DNA of 64,000 nucleotides. Source: an uncultured cyanobacterium. GTDB lineage: Bacteria > Cyanobacteriota > Cyanobacteriia > PCC-6307 > Cyanobiaceae. The notes under the pieces were generated by a model. The model was not told the origin of the DNA, did not search any database, and saw nothing but the letters and a program-made list of their open reading frames with translations. The position numbers and the translations under genes are program-made. The stretch is from positions 224,001 through 288,000 of the forward strand of contig CAVXWZ010000008.1 in the NCBI GenBank assembly GCA_963765575.1, in the 5' to 3' direction. How positions within the stretch are numbered: the stretch's first letter is position 1; each line of letters begins with the position of its first letter. Shown piece after piece: positions 27,596 through 39,890 of the stretch.

Positions 27596-28429
27596 ATGAG
27601 CTTCTCCTCCCACCGGGCCCGCAAGCGCTTCGGTCAGCACTGGCTGGACGACCCGCGGGTGCTGGAGCGGATTGTGGCGGCGGCCGAAATTCAGCCGGGC
27701 GAACGGGTGCTGGAGATCGGTCCTGGCCGTGGCTCCCTCACCGAGCTGCTGCTGCGCACAGCGGCAGCGGCGGTGCGGGCGGTGGAACTGGACCGGGACC
27801 TGATCGCCGGACTGGACGGGCGCTTCGGCGGCGATCCCCGCTTCACCCTGCTGGCCGGCGATGCCCTCGTGGTCGAGCTCCCCGCCGCCGACACGGTGGT
27901 GGCCAACATCCCGTACAACATCACCGGGCCGTTGCTGGAGCGGCTGGTGGGCCGTCTGGACAGGCCCGTGATGCCGCCCTACCGCCGCCTGGTGCTGCTG
28001 CTGCAACAAGAAGTGGCCGAACGCATCCGCAGCACTCCCGGCAGCAGCGCCTATTCCGCCCTGAGTGTGCGGCTGCAGCTGCTGGCGCGCTGCCGCTCGG
28101 TATGTGCGGTGCCGCCGCGCTGCTTCAAGCCGCCGCCGAAGGTGCACTCGGAGGTGATCTGCATCGATCCGCTGCCGCCAGCCGAACGCCTCGATCCCCA
28201 GCAGGCCCGACAGGTGGAACAGCTGCTGAAGCGCTGCTTCGCGGCCCGGCGCAAGATGCTGCGCAACACCCTGGGCGGGCTGTTGCCGCCGCCGCAGCTG
28301 GAGGCCCTGGCTGCCGAGGCTGGCATCGGCCTGCAGCAGCGGCCCCAGGAGATCGCCCCGGCGGCCTGGGTGGCCCTGGCCACCGGCTTGAATCGCTGCC
28401 CCGGCGAAGCGCAGGCCAGCGATGGATGA
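27596..28429 (+). CDS. rsmA: 16S rRNA adenine dimethyltransferase
   Basis: [36 protein letters not shown]. Confidence 0.97.
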   Translation: MSFSSHRARKRFGQHWLDDPRVLERIVAAAEIQPGERVLEIGPGRGSLTELLLRTAAAAVRAVELDRDLIAGLDGRFGGDPRFTLLAGDALVVELPAADTVVANIPYNITGPLLERLVGRLDRPVMPPYRRLVLLLQQEVAERIRSTPGSSAYSALSVRLQLLARCRSVCAVPPRCFKPPPKVHSEVICIDPLPPAERLDPQQARQVEQLLKRCFAARRKMLRNTLGGLLPPPQLEALAAEAGIGLQQRPQEIAPAAWVALATGLNRCPGEAQASDG

Positions 28430-29357
28430 ACTCAGCCTGGAGGCTCCGGCCAAGATCAACCTGCACCTGGAGGTGCTGGGACTGCGCGGCGATGGCTTCC
28501 ACGAGCTGGCGATGGTGATGCAGACCATCGACCTGCACGATCGCCTGCGACTGAGCTCCAGTGCCGATGGCGCCATCGCGCTGCAGTGCGATCAGCCGGG
28601 GCTGCCCAGCGATGGCAGCAATCTGGTGGTCAAGGCCGCAGAACTGCTCAGGGAGCGGGCCGGCCGGCCCCAGCTCGGGGCCCGGATCGCCCTCAGCAAA
28701 CGCATCCCGGTGGGGGCGGGCCTGGCCGGAGGTTCCAGCGATGCCGCCGCTGCCCTGGTGGGCCTCAATCGGCTCTGGGGTCTGGACTTCAGCCCCAGCG
28801 ACCTGCAGGCGATGGCGGCATACCTCGGCTCCGATGTGCCCTTCTGTCTGCCCGGTGGCACCCAGCTCTGCTTCGGGCGCGGGGAGCGGCTGGAGCCGGT
28901 GCCGGTCGGCGCCGGCGAGGCCTTGGCGGTGCTGCTGATCAAGCACCCCGAGGCCTCGGTGAGCACGCCCTGGGCCTATGGCCGCTGCCGCGAGCTGAGG
29001 GGCAGCAGGTATCTCAGCGGCGAGGAGGCGTTCGAGCGCCGCCGGCAAGCCCTGCGCCAGGGGGCGCTGCTGCGGGCGCTGCGGGAGGGCGGGCCCCTGC
29101 CGCCGCTGCGCAACGATCTGCAGGCGGTGGTGGAGCCGGAGCAGGCCAGCGTGCGCCAGGGCCTGGCCCTGCTGCGCCGCTTGCCGGACAGCCTGGCCGT
29201 GGCCATGAGTGGCTCCGGCCCCAGCCTGTTCGCCCTGTTTGCCCACCTTCACCAGGCGCGAGCCGCCCAGGCCGGGCTGGCCGCGGAGCTGGCGGCGGCG
29301 GGCTTTGAGAGCTGGGCCTGTGGGTTCCGCAGCACAGGCGCCATGCTGGAGCCGTGA
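28422..29357 (+). CDS. ispE: 4-diphosphocytidyl-2-C-methyl-D-erythritol kinase
   Basis: [31 protein letters not shown]. Confidence 0.97.
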   Translation: MDELSLEAPAKINLHLEVLGLRGDGFHELAMVMQTIDLHDRLRLSSSADGAIALQCDQPGLPSDGSNLVVKAAELLRERAGRPQLGARIALSKRIPVGAGLAGGSSDAAAALVGLNRLWGLDFSPSDLQAMAAYLGSDVPFCLPGGTQLCFGRGERLEPVPVGAGEALAVLLIKHPEASVSTPWAYGRCRELRGSRYLSGEEAFERRRQALRQGALLRALREGGPLPPLRNDLQAVVEPEQASVRQGLALLRRLPDSLAVAMSGSGPSLFALFAHLHQARAAQAGLAAELAAAGFESWACGFRSTGAMLEP

Positions 29358-29718
29358 GTGATCCCACCGCCAGTCCGGGTCCGCCGCTGAAGTCGCCACC
29401 CGCCCGACACCGCCCGCCCAGCCCCCACGCAAGGGTCCCCTGAGCTTCCTGTCCGGGGCCGTCACCGCCGCGCTGCTGAGCTGGCTGTGTCTGGGCCTGA
29501 GCCGGCGCATGGTCCTCTACTACGCCCTGCATCCACCCCACTACCCCTCGGCCGTCGCCCAGTCGATCGCCACGGCCCTCAAGACCCTGCTGGTGGGCAT
29601 GGGCTTTCTGGCCACCTTCAGTTTCGGCTTCATCGCCTTCGGGCTCACCCTGTCGTTCCTGCGCAGCCTGGTGGCGCCCAAGCCACCGGCGGCTGACACG
29701 GGCCCCCCGGCCCCTTAG
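29354..29718 (+). CDS. DUF3082 family membrane protein (1-nt frameshift near 29378)
   Basis: [11 protein letters not shown]...[11 protein letters not shown]...[10 protein letters not shown] 29354 out of frame by one base at a GGG run. Confidence 0.75.
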
Positions 29719-29741
29719 TTTCGGGGTCGTTCCCACCGGCC

Positions 29742-29837
29742 ATGACCCTCCACGACCTGGGCCTGCTGATCACCCTGCTGTTGCCGGGCATGCTGTTGTC
29801 GGTGCTGATCCTGAGCACTTTCGCCGCCGGCGGCTGA
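29742..29837 (+). CDS. 31-aa single-TM small protein
   Basis: [31 protein letters not shown]; strong GC3 bias; not in ORF track. Confidence 0.65.
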   Translation: MTLHDLGLLITLLLPGMLLSVLILSTFAAGG

Positions 29838-29907
29838 CCCCCCAAGGCCTGAGCCCCCAGCGCCTGGGCCTGAGATAGGTTGGCGCCCAGTCGGTGCTTG
29901 CCAACGC

Positions 29908-30891
29908 GTGGCCGAAACGCTGCTGTTCAACGCTCTCCGCGAAGCCATCGACGAGGAGATGGCCCGCGACCCCTATGTCTGCGTGATGGGGGAGGACGTG
30001 GGCCAGTACGGCGGCTCCTACAAGGTCACCAAGGACCTCTACGAGAAGTACGGCGAGCTGCGGGTGCTGGACACCCCGATCGCCGAAAACTCCTTCACCG
30101 GCATGGCCGTGGGTGCGGCCATGACCGGGCTGCGACCGATTGTGGAGGGCATGAACATGGGCTTCCTGTTGCTCGCCTTCAACCAGATCTCCAACAACAT
30201 GGGCATGCTGCGCTACACCAGCGGCGGCAACTACACGATTCCGGCCGTGGTGCGCGGCCCCGGTGGAGTGGGTCGCCAGCTGGGGGCGGAGCACAGCCAG
30301 CGGCTGGAGGCCTATTTCCATGCCGTGCCCGGCATCAAGATTGTGGCGGTGAGCACCCCCACCAACGCCAAGGGGCTGATGAAGGCCGCCATCCGCGACA
30401 ACAACCCGGTGCTCTTCTTTGAGCACGTGTTGCTCTACAACCTCAGCGAAGATCTGCCGGAGGGAGATTACATCTGCGCCCTCGACCAGGCCGAGCTGGT
30501 GCGCTCTGGACGGGATGTGACCATCCTCACCTACTCACGCATGCGCCACCACTGCCTCAAGGCGGTGGAGCAACTGGAGGCCGAAGGAGTGGATGTGGAG
30601 CTGATCGACCTGGTCAGTCTCAAGCCTTTCGACATGGCCACGGTGCGGGCGTCGATTGCCAAGACCCACAAGGTGCTGATCGTGGAGGAGTGCATGAAGA
30701 CCGGCGGAATCGGCGCCGAGCTGATGGCCCTGGTCATCGAGCAGTGCTTCGACGACCTCGACGCCAGGCCCGTGCGCCTGTCCTCGCAGGACATTCCCAC
30801 CCCGTACAACGGCAACCTGGAAAATCTCACCATCATTCAGCCCCACCAGATTGTGGATGCGGCCAAGGCCCTGAAGGCGGGTGTGATCTGA
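29908..30891 (+). CDS. pdhB: pyruvate dehydrogenase E1 beta subunit
   Basis: [29 protein letters not shown]. Confidence 0.97.
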   Translation: MAETLLFNALREAIDEEMARDPYVCVMGEDVGQYGGSYKVTKDLYEKYGELRVLDTPIAENSFTGMAVGAAMTGLRPIVEGMNMGFLLLAFNQISNNMGMLRYTSGGNYTIPAVVRGPGGVGRQLGAEHSQRLEAYFHAVPGIKIVAVSTPTNAKGLMKAAIRDNNPVLFFEHVLLYNLSEDLPEGDYICALDQAELVRSGRDVTILTYSRMRHHCLKAVEQLEAEGVDVELIDLVSLKPFDMATVRASIAKTHKVLIVEECMKTGGIGAELMALVIEQCFDDLDARPVRLSSQDIPTPYNGNLENLTIIQPHQIVDAAKALKAGVI

Positions 30892-30892
30892 G

Positions 30893-32386
30893 ATGGCCCG
30901 CCAACAAGGCTGGCTCGCGCTGATCCTGGCGTTGGCGATCGCCGCCGCCGCCCTGCTGATCCAGTTCCCCCTCCAGCTGGGCCTCGACCTGCGCGGCGGC
31001 AGCCAACTGTCGCTGCAGGTGATGCCCGCGGGCACCATCACCCGGGTGGAGCGGGAGCAGCTGGAGGCGGTGAAGGAGGTGCTCGATCGCCGCATCAACG
31101 GCCTCGGCGTGGCTGAATCCACCCTCCAGACCGTGGGTGACGACCAGCTCGTGCTGCAGCTCCCCGGGGAGCAGGACCCCAGCCGCGCCGCCCGGGTGCT
31201 GGGCACCACCGCCCTGCTCGAGTTCCGCGCCCAGCAACCCGGCAGCGAGGAGGAGATGCGCGGCCTGCTGGCCCTCAAGCGCCAGGCCGAGGCCGTGCTC
31301 ACCAGCCGCCAGGCCCGCGCCCAGCCGTCTGGCGATGACAGCGAACCCGAGCCCTCCCTGGATGCTGAGGATCTTGCGCAGGCCCTCAGGGAGCTGGGGG
31401 TTGACGTGGCTCCGGGGAGCTCGGAAATCAGCCAGCTCGAGGCCCTGCTCGACGTGGTCAACAGCCGCGTCGTCGAGCTCTACGAGCCCGCTGAACTCAC
31501 CGGTCGGGAGCTGGTGGGGGCCGGCCGCCAGCAGCAGCAGAACGCCAGCAGCTGGGACGTGACCCTCAGCTTCACCCGGGAGGGCGGTGAGCAGTTTGCC
31601 CGGCTCACCCAGTCGCTCGCCGGCAGCGGCCGTCTGCTGGGCATCGTGCTGGATGGTCGCTCCATCAGTGAGGCCAGCGTGGGCCCTGAATTCCAGGCCG
31701 CCGGCATCACCGGCGGCGCCGCCACCATCACCGGCAACTTCACGGCCGAAGAGGCCCGCGATCTGGAGGTGCAACTGCGCGGTGGCTCGCTGCCCCTGCC
31801 GGTGGAGGTGATCGAGGTGCGCAGCATCGGTCCCAGCCTGGGAGCCGAAAACGTGCGCACCAGCCTGCTGGCGGCCCTGGTGGGGCTGGCCCTGGTGGCG
31901 GTGTTCATGGTGCTGGTGTATCGCCTGGCCGGGGTGGTGGCGGTGCTCGCGCTCAGCCTCTACGCCCTCTTCAACCTGGCCGTCTACGCCCTCATCCCCG
32001 TCACCCTCACCCTGCCGGGCATTGCCGGTTTCATTCTCTCGCTGGGCATGGCGGTGGACGCCAACGTGCTCATCTTCGAGCGCATCAAGGATGAGCTGCG
32101 GGAGGGCAACACCCTGATCCGCTCCATCGACGCCGGCTTCTCCCAGGCCATCTCCTCGATCGTCGATGGCCAGGTCACCACGCTGATCAGTTGTCTGGCC
32201 CTGTTCAGCCTCGGCACCGGCTTCGTCAAGGGCTTCGCCGTCACCCTGGGCATCGGCGTGCTGCTGAGCCTGTTCAGCGCCCTGGTCTGCACCCGGGTGC
32301 TGCTGCGGCTGCTGATGAGCTACCCCAGCCTGCGCCGCCCCGCCAACTTCATCTCCCGGGCCCAGCTGCCCGCAGCCGTGTCCTGA
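30893..32386 (+). CDS. secD: protein translocase subunit SecD
   Basis: LGLDLRGG, LTLPGIAGFILSLGMAVDANVLIFERIK. Confidence 0.97.
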   Translation: MARQQGWLALILALAIAAAALLIQFPLQLGLDLRGGSQLSLQVMPAGTITRVEREQLEAVKEVLDRRINGLGVAESTLQTVGDDQLVLQLPGEQDPSRAARVLGTTALLEFRAQQPGSEEEMRGLLALKRQAEAVLTSRQARAQPSGDDSEPEPSLDAEDLAQALRELGVDVAPGSSEISQLEALLDVVNSRVVELYEPAELTGRELVGAGRQQQQNASSWDVTLSFTREGGEQFARLTQSLAGSGRLLGIVLDGRSISEASVGPEFQAAGITGGAATITGNFTAEEARDLEVQLRGGSLPLPVEVIEVRSIGPSLGAENVRTSLLAALVGLALVAVFMVLVYRLAGVVAVLALSLYALFNLAVYALIPVTLTLPGIAGFILSLGMAVDANVLIFERIKDELREGNTLIRSIDAGFSQAISSIVDGQVTTLISCLALFSLGTGFVKGFAVTLGIGVLLSLFSALVCTRVLLRLLMSYPSLRRPANFISRAQLPAAVS

Positions 32387-32389
32387 GCC

Positions 32390-33349
32390 ATGTCTCCCCT
32401 CGCCGCCCTTCTGCGTCTGCGCGTCAACCAGCGGCGCCGCCAGCTCTGGACCCTCTCCGTTGTGGCCATCGCCCTCAGCCTGCTGGGCCTGGCCCTGTCC
32501 TGGCTGTCACCGGTGATCGGCTCCCCCCTGCGGGCCGGGCTGGATTTCACCGGCGGCACCCAGATCCGCATCGAGCGCCGCTGTCAGCAGAGCTGCGAGC
32601 CGCTCACGGCATCGGCCCTGCAGCGGCGTCTGGCCGAGCTGGAGCTGCCCAGCGAAGCGGGCGAGCCAGCGCCACGGCTGGGCAGTTCCAGTGTGCAACT
32701 TCTCGATGGGGGCCGCCAGGTGGTGCTGCGCCTGCCCACCCTCGCCGCCGCTCAGTCGCAGGCGGTGGTGGAGGCCCTAGCCCCTGATCTGGGTGACACC
32801 GACACCGGTGGTCTGGGCATCGACACCATCGGCCCCACCCTTGGCGCCCAGTTGCTGCGCGCCAGCCTGGTGTCGCTGCTGGTGAGCTTCATCGGCATCT
32901 CGGCTTACATCACCCTCCGCTACGACCGCCTCTACGCGGTTCTTGCCCTGCTCTGCCTGGGCCACGACGTGCTCATCACCTGTGGGGTGTTCGCCTGGCT
33001 GGGCCTGCTGGCCGGGGTGGAGGTGAACAGCCTCTTCGCCGTGGCCCTGCTCACCCTGGCGGGCTATTCGGTCAATGACACCGTGGTGGTGTTCGACCGC
33101 ATTCGCGAAAAGCGCAACCAGCTGCAGGGGGCGTCCCTCGCCGAGCAGGCCGATGCCGCCGTTGCCGCCACCCTCACCCGCTCGATCTTCACCAGCTTCA
33201 CCACCCTGCTGCCCCTGCTGGGGCTGATCCTGTTCGGGGGCAGCACCCTGTTCTGGTTTGCCGTCGCCCTGAGCATCGGCGTGGTGGTGGGCGCCTGGTC
33301 GAGCATTGCCGTGGCCCCCACGTTGCTGCCTGTGCTGGCGCGCCGGTGA
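32390..33349 (+). CDS. secF: protein translocase subunit SecF
   Basis: GLDFTGGT, GYSVNDTVVVFDRIRE. Confidence 0.97.
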   Translation: MSPLAALLRLRVNQRRRQLWTLSVVAIALSLLGLALSWLSPVIGSPLRAGLDFTGGTQIRIERRCQQSCEPLTASALQRRLAELELPSEAGEPAPRLGSSSVQLLDGGRQVVLRLPTLAAAQSQAVVEALAPDLGDTDTGGLGIDTIGPTLGAQLLRASLVSLLVSFIGISAYITLRYDRLYAVLALLCLGHDVLITCGVFAWLGLLAGVEVNSLFAVALLTLAGYSVNDTVVVFDRIREKRNQLQGASLAEQADAAVAATLTRSIFTSFTTLLPLLGLILFGGSTLFWFAVALSIGVVVGAWSSIAVAPTLLPVLARR

Positions 33350-33558
33350 GCGAGCAGGAGCCCCGCTCTCAGCGCCGGCGCCGTTGGCCCCTGGTGCCGC
33401 TGCTGCTGGCGCTGCTGGCGCTGCTGGATCTGCGCCTCGAACTGCGGCTGCTGGCGGATCACGTCACGCTCACGGCCCTGGTGTTTCTGGTGCGCTCCCA
33501 TCCGCTGGCGGTGGCCGTGCTGCTGCTGCAACCGAGTTTCTGGGCCCACTACCGCTGA
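33346..33558 (+). CDS. small membrane hypothetical protein
   Basis: 70 aa, overlaps secF stop, hydrophobic. Confidence 0.7.
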   Translation: MSEQEPRSQRRRRWPLVPLLLALLALLDLRLELRLLADHVTLTALVFLVRSHPLAVAVLLLQPSFWAHYR

Positions 33559-33577
33559 GGCCCGCTGGGTTCGGTGC

Positions 33578-34642
33578 TCAGGCGGCCCCGCGCATCCGCT
33601 TCCAGTCGTCGAGGATGTCGTGGATCACGACCTCCCGCACCAGCACCTGCAGGCACACCGCCAGGGGCAGGGCCATCAGCAGGCCGAGGGGGCCGAAGAT
33701 GAGCGTGAAAATCAACTGGGCGGCAAGGGTGAGGCCCGGCAACAATTGCAACTGGTGCTGCATCACCGATGGCGTGATCAGGTAGCTCTCCACGTTCTGG
33801 ATCAGCACATAGAGCACCAGCACTGCCAGCGACTTCCAGGGCGAATCGAGCAGGGCCACTGACATGGGAAACACCGTGCTCAGGGTCGGACCCACGTTGG
33901 GGATCACGTTGAGCATGCCGGCCAGCAGGGCATTGGCGGCCACCAGATTCACCCCCAGCAGCGACAGTCCGATCGCCGCCAGGATGCCCACGCAGAGCGA
34001 ACTGATCAGCACGCCCACCATCCAGCCGCTGAGGGCCTCACCGCACTGCACGAGCACGCTGCGAAAGCGCCGGCGATAGAAGGAGGGCACCAGCAGCACC
34101 AGCACCTCCCGGTAGGCGGTGGGCTGCACAGCCACCATCAGGGCGACGGCCAGCACGAACACGAGCTGGAGCATGCCGGCGCCAACCCCCCCGGCCAGGC
34201 CGACGAGCTGCATCGCCCCCTGACCCAGGTCCGGAATCGGCAGCTGACCATCCCGAAACAGCCCCTCCCGCAACTGCTCCAGGCCACCGTCCTGGCTGCC
34301 GTAGAACATGCGGCTGGCGCTGACCATCGCATCCCGCACCAGGTTCAGCAGGGTGCTGGCTGCCGCCGGCAGTTTGGCGATCAGTTCCGCGAACTGCTCG
34401 ACGAAGGGGGGAATCACGGCCGTGCCCACCACCATGCCGAGCAGCAGCAGCAGGGCGAGGCTGAGCAGCAGCGCCACCCCGCGAGCGCAGCCCAGCCGCC
34501 GCTGCATCCAGGCCACCAGGGTGCAGACCGCCATGGCGATCACCACGGCAGTGAACACCAGAATCAGGCTCTGGCGCAGGCTCCAGAGCAGCAGCAGGGA
34601 GGCCACCAGAGCCAGCAGCCCGAGCCACTGGCCAAAGGTCAT
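33578..34642 (-). CDS. AI-2E family transporter
   Basis: LNVIPNVGP, IQNVESYLITP, GPLGLLMALPL; ATG 34642. Confidence 0.9.
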   Translation of the reverse strand: MTFGQWLGLLALVASLLLLWSLRQSLILVFTAVVIAMAVCTLVAWMQRRLGCARGVALLLSLALLLLLGMVVGTAVIPPFVEQFAELIAKLPAAASTLLNLVRDAMVSASRMFYGSQDGGLEQLREGLFRDGQLPIPDLGQGAMQLVGLAGGVGAGMLQLVFVLAVALMVAVQPTAYREVLVLLVPSFYRRRFRSVLVQCGEALSGWMVGVLISSLCVGILAAIGLSLLGVNLVAANALLAGMLNVIPNVGPTLSTVFPMSVALLDSPWKSLAVLVLYVLIQNVESYLITPSVMQHQLQLLPGLTLAAQLIFTLIFGPLGLLMALPLAVCLQVLVREVVIHDILDDWKRMRGAA

Positions 34643-34667
34643 CGGCCCCGGCGGCGGTCCCAGGGGC

Positions 34668-35051
34668 CTAGTCACCCTGCTCTTCGCCCTCACCGTCTGA
34701 TTCCTTGCCCGAGTCCTGACCCGAGAAGCCAAGCTCGTGGCTGTCGGCGTAGCGCTGGGCGAAACGCATGAAGCGCTCGAAGTCGGCCACGGTCTTCCAG
34801 GTGTAGGTGGCCTCCAGGGCGCTGGGCCGGCCGTTCACAAACCGCGCGTTCACCTCCCTGGTGACGAGCTCTCCTTCCTCGTCGAGCATGAACATGCCGG
34901 TGATGTCGCCAAAGGTTTCGGGAGCCAGGGCGTTGGGCTCCTCAAACACGAACATGGCCTGGCCGGTGAGACCATCCCGAGACCGGGTCAGCCGGATGTC
35001 AGGTACGACCGGTTCGTCCACGCCCCGGAAGAACTGAATGGCTGCGGCCAT
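34668..35051 (-). CDS. psb28: photosystem II reaction centre protein Psb28
   Basis: [35 protein letters not shown]. Confidence 0.96.
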   Translation of the reverse strand: MAAAIQFFRGVDEPVVPDIRLTRSRDGLTGQAMFVFEEPNALAPETFGDITGMFMLDEEGELVTREVNARFVNGRPSALEATYTWKTVADFERFMRFAQRYADSHELGFSGQDSGKESDGEGEEQGD

Positions 35052-35163
35052 ACCTCACCAGCAAAATGGGATCTTAAGCGCCGGTCCTGGGGGCCTCCCC
35101 CGCCCTCGCCATGCCCGTGGCTGACATAGTGGGACCGCGCTGGCCCGATCAGGTTCGGTCTCC

Positions 35164-35886
35164 ATGCTTCCCGGCCCCCAGGTCACCGCCCCAGCCACGC
35201 CCGCAGAACTGCTGGAACGCTTCCAGACGGCCTCAGAGCGGCAGCGGCGCAGCCTGCTGCCCCAGCTGGAGCGGCAGGCGGACTGCATCCGTCCCCTGAT
35301 CCTCGACCACATCGCCGGCCTCGACGCCACCGGCGATGACTGGGCGGCCGGCTTCCTGATCCAGATGCTGGTGCAGGCCGACCCCGCCCAGCGCGAGGCG
35401 TTCTTCAGCCGTTACCCGAGTGGCTGGCTGGCCACCACCAGTGCCCAGGGCCTTGACCATGCCCCCCTGCAGCGGGCCCTGGCGCTGCAGGAGTTCGAGC
35501 AGGCCGACCGCATCACCAGCACGGTGCTGCGCCAGCTGGCCGGTCCCGCGGCGGTGCAGCGGGGCTACGTGTATTACAGCGAAGTGCCGGCCATGGCCTC
35601 GGCCGACCTCGACGCCCTCGACCGCCTCTGGCTCTGCTATTCCCGCGGTCGCTTCGGCTTCAGCGTGCAGGCCCGGCTGCTGGCCGCCGCCGGCGATCGC
35701 TGGGAGCGCCTCTGGCCCCGACTGGGCTGGAAGGAGGGCTCCCGCTGGACCCGCTATCCCGGCGGCTTCCAGTGGACGATTGAGGCGCCGGAAGGCCACA
35801 TGCCCCTGGTCAACCAGCTGCGCGGCGTGCGCCTGATGGATGCCCTGCTGCAGCATCCGGCCCTGCTCCAGCGCCGCCAGCGTTGA
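35164..35886 (+). CDS. GUN4 domain protein (Mg-chelatase cofactor)
   Basis: LDRLWLCYSRGRFGFSVQ, APEGHMPLVNQLRG. Confidence 0.92.
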   Translation: MLPGPQVTAPATPAELLERFQTASERQRRSLLPQLERQADCIRPLILDHIAGLDATGDDWAAGFLIQMLVQADPAQREAFFSRYPSGWLATTSAQGLDHAPLQRALALQEFEQADRITSTVLRQLAGPAAVQRGYVYYSEVPAMASADLDALDRLWLCYSRGRFGFSVQARLLAAAGDRWERLWPRLGWKEGSRWTRYPGGFQWTIEAPEGHMPLVNQLRGVRLMDALLQHPALLQRRQR

Positions 35887-35959
35887 GCGGCATCGCCGGG
35901 GACTGGGCTGCTTGCCTGCTGCGCCTTAGGGTTCGATTGGCACCTGCAGAGCCGCCTGG

Positions 35960-36397
35960 ATGACCCTGCGCTGGTCAGACTTCATCACACCGTCCACCCT
36001 CCAGCTGGCCCCCTTGGTGGAACTGCTGCTGGAGCGCGTGCCCTGCAGGCAGCTGCAGGCGGAGCTGCACCTGGGCCTGCAGGAGGCGCTGGTGAATGCG
36101 GTGCGCCACGGCAACGGCAGCGACCCGGCCAAGCTGCTGCGCATCCGTCGCATCGAAACCCCCTGCTGGATGGTGTGGCAGGTGCAGGACGAGGGCGACG
36201 GGGTGCCACCCCAGTCCCGTCAGCCCTGCTTGCCCGCCTGCCCTCAAGCGGAGGGCGGCAGGGGGCTGTTTCTGATCCAGCACTGCTTTGATGACGTGCG
36301 CTGGAGCCGGCGGGGCAACCGCCTGCAACTGGCTGTGCGGCGACCCCGGCGTGGGGCCGGCCTCAGCGGCCGTGGCTGGGGCAGCCGGGGTCGCTGA
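35960..36397 (+). CDS. anti-sigma-factor-like HATPase_c protein
   Basis: LQEALVNAVRHGN, VQDEGDG, GGRGLFLI. Confidence 0.88.
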   Translation: MTLRWSDFITPSTLQLAPLVELLLERVPCRQLQAELHLGLQEALVNAVRHGNGSDPAKLLRIRRIETPCWMVWQVQDEGDGVPPQSRQPCLPACPQAEGGRGLFLIQHCFDDVRWSRRGNRLQLAVRRPRRGAGLSGRGWGSRGR

Positions 36398-36674
36398 CCT
36401 CCGCCCGCAACCACTGCAGGGCATGCTCCAGCAGGGCAATCGCCTGGTCGCGCCCAGGGGAAGACGGGCGGCTGCGGGGATCGTCGGCCTGGAGCAGCTG
36501 CACCAGGGCGGCGGCCACCTGCTCGGCACCCCGGCGCGACCTCTGGCCCTTGAGCGCATGCCAGTCGCGATCGTCGATCACCAACTGGCGATGCAGGGCC
36601 TCGGCCAGCGGCGCGGCCTGCTCCGGCCATCCCCTGGCCCCAGTTGGTTTCTGCTCTTGCACCGGGAGTTGCAC
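36363..36674 (-). CDS. hypothetical protein (DUF6439-like)
   Basis: LHRQLVIDDRDWHALK, ends DPGCPSHGR. Confidence 0.75.
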   Translation of the reverse strand: MQLPVQEQKPTGARGWPEQAAPLAEALHRQLVIDDRDWHALKGQRSRRGAEQVAAALVQLLQADDPRSRPSSPGRDQAIALLEHALQWLRAEVSDPGCPSHGR

Positions 36675-36793
36675 TGGACGCCGTCACTGCCTGGGCACCA
36701 TCCTGGCGTGGGTGGGTGGTGCCCGGGCGCTTGCGGGCCCGTGCTCCCCCCACCCGGCCCCGGCCATCCCCACAGCAGCCTCCCTTCCGCCCT

Positions 36794-37087
36794 GTGCCGA
36801 TCCGTTCCGACTCCACTGCGCTGCGCTTGCGCCGGGCCCGGCGCAAGCGGCTGCGGCCGGTGCGGCTGCTGCATCGCCTCGATGGCCTGCTCACCCAGGC
36901 CGCCCTGGCCCGCCGCAGCAGCGGTGTCGCCCAGCGGCGACAGCTGCAGCGGCTGGCCCTCACCCAACGCCTCCTCGACCCGCTGCCCCCGGAACTGTCG
37001 CAGCCAGGGCGTGGCGCCAACCACTTCTGGCAGGGACTGCGTTGGAGCACGCTCGGGCTGCTGCTGGCCTGGTGGCTGCGGCCTTAG
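36794..37087 (+). CDS. hypothetical protein with C-terminal TM helix
   Basis: 3' part of ORF 36644..37087; start approximate. Confidence 0.55.
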   Translation: MPIRSDSTALRLRRARRKRLRPVRLLHRLDGLLTQAALARRSSGVAQRRQLQRLALTQRLLDPLPPELSQPGRGANHFWQGLRWSTLGLLLAWWLRP

Positions 37088-38160
37088 GCCGCCTCTGCGC
37101 CAGCCATGGGCCGGCGCGCCGACCAGACCCGGGCCATGAAGTGGGTTTCAGCCTGCACCTGGGTGAAGCCGACGCTCTCCAGCCGGCCCTTGATGTCGTC
37201 GCCGATGTAATCGCGGTAGTAGGGCTCATGGAACACCCGCCGGAAGTTCTCCATCACCGCCGCGTAGTGCGGTGAATCGTCTAGCTGGATGGAATCGATC
37301 AGCACCAGCACCCCGCCCGGCTCCAGCAGCCGGAAACACTCCGCGATCACGTGCTGGCGGGCCTGGGCGGGCAACTCGTGCATCAGAAACACGCAGCTGA
37401 TCGCCTGCACGCTGTTGTCGGCGAAGGGCATGGCCTCGGCATTGCCCTGCACCAGCTGGGGCAATTCACCGGGGAGCTGAGCCAGCCAGCGGTTGGCCTG
37501 GCGCAGGTAGGCGGTGGAGAGATCCAGCCCCAGCAGCTGGGCCTGGGGCAGGGCGGCGCGCAACTGGCGCAAGGTCCGCCCCGTACCGGCGGCCACATCC
37601 AGCACACGAATCTGGCTGCGGGGGCGGCTGCTGAAGACCTCCAGGCCCCGCCGCAGGGGTGCGATCACCCGCCGGCGCATGGCATCGCCATTGCCGTTGA
37701 ACAACAGCTCCACCTGCAGGTCGTAGAGCGACGCCGAGTGCTCGCTCAGGTAGCCGTCGGTCTGGTGGTGAAAATTCTGCAGGTAGTAGTCGGGGTAGGC
37801 CGAAGGGTCCACCTCCCGGGGCAGGTCCCGCACCCGTCGTTGCTGGCGCCGCTGCCAGATCTGCGGTAGATCCAGGCACACCAGCGGGTAACGGCCGGCC
37901 CAGTCGAGCCAGGGGGCATCGAACAGCAGGGAGGTCGGGTAGAGACCCTCCTCGGCTTCCTGCCAGTCGCGCTCGTGCAACTGGTCCATCGCCTCGCCCA
38001 GGCGGGCCATCAGCTCGGCCGGCACCGGCACCGTGCGCGGAGCGCCGTCGGGCGCCAGGGCACCCAGCAGCCGGGTGCTCACCTCCTTGTGGGTGACGCC
38101 GAACAGCGCCTTGCCCTGCTGCAGGGTTCGGTAGGCCAGCTTGGTGAGCTGATCAGGCAT
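37084..38160 (-). CDS. class I SAM-dependent methyltransferase
   Basis: YYLQNFHHQTDGYLS, VLDVAAGTG, VFLMHELP. Confidence 0.92.
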   Translation of the reverse strand: MPDQLTKLAYRTLQQGKALFGVTHKEVSTRLLGALAPDGAPRTVPVPAELMARLGEAMDQLHERDWQEAEEGLYPTSLLFDAPWLDWAGRYPLVCLDLPQIWQRRQQRRVRDLPREVDPSAYPDYYLQNFHHQTDGYLSEHSASLYDLQVELLFNGNGDAMRRRVIAPLRRGLEVFSSRPRSQIRVLDVAAGTGRTLRQLRAALPQAQLLGLDLSTAYLRQANRWLAQLPGELPQLVQGNAEAMPFADNSVQAISCVFLMHELPAQARQHVIAECFRLLEPGGVLVLIDSIQLDDSPHYAAVMENFRRVFHEPYYRDYIGDDIKGRLESVGFTQVQAETHFMARVWSARRPMAGAEAA

Positions 38161-38248
38161 GACGTGGCCTTGACAGGGCGTTGACGTCGGCCCATTCCAG
38201 CCGATCACAGGGGCCGCCGCGAGTGCCGTTCCCCGCAAACGCCGCCGT

Positions 38249-39667
<1,419 letters not shown>

Positions 39668-39712
39668 GGCGGAGAACGAAGTGGCGGACCGCAGCGGCGG
39701 CGGCGTGGAGGG

Positions 39713-39755
39713 ACGGTACGGACCGGTGAGGGGACAACCTTGTAGCGCTCGCTAC
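39713..39755 (-). promoter_or_regulatory. NtcA-activated promoter of glnA
   Basis: GTA-N8-TAC at 39742-39755, 23 nt from -10 TACCGT (39713-39718). Confidence 0.88.
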
Positions 39756-39890
39756 CGAAAAACCAGTGGCGGGTGCAGGCGCCGTTGCGTAACCGTTTCT
39801 GTCAGATCCGCCAGAAGCCCGTTCAGATCAGGGTTCTGGGCGGTTGTGAGTGCTACGTTCCGGCCTGGGACCATGCGATCCACACCAGCC

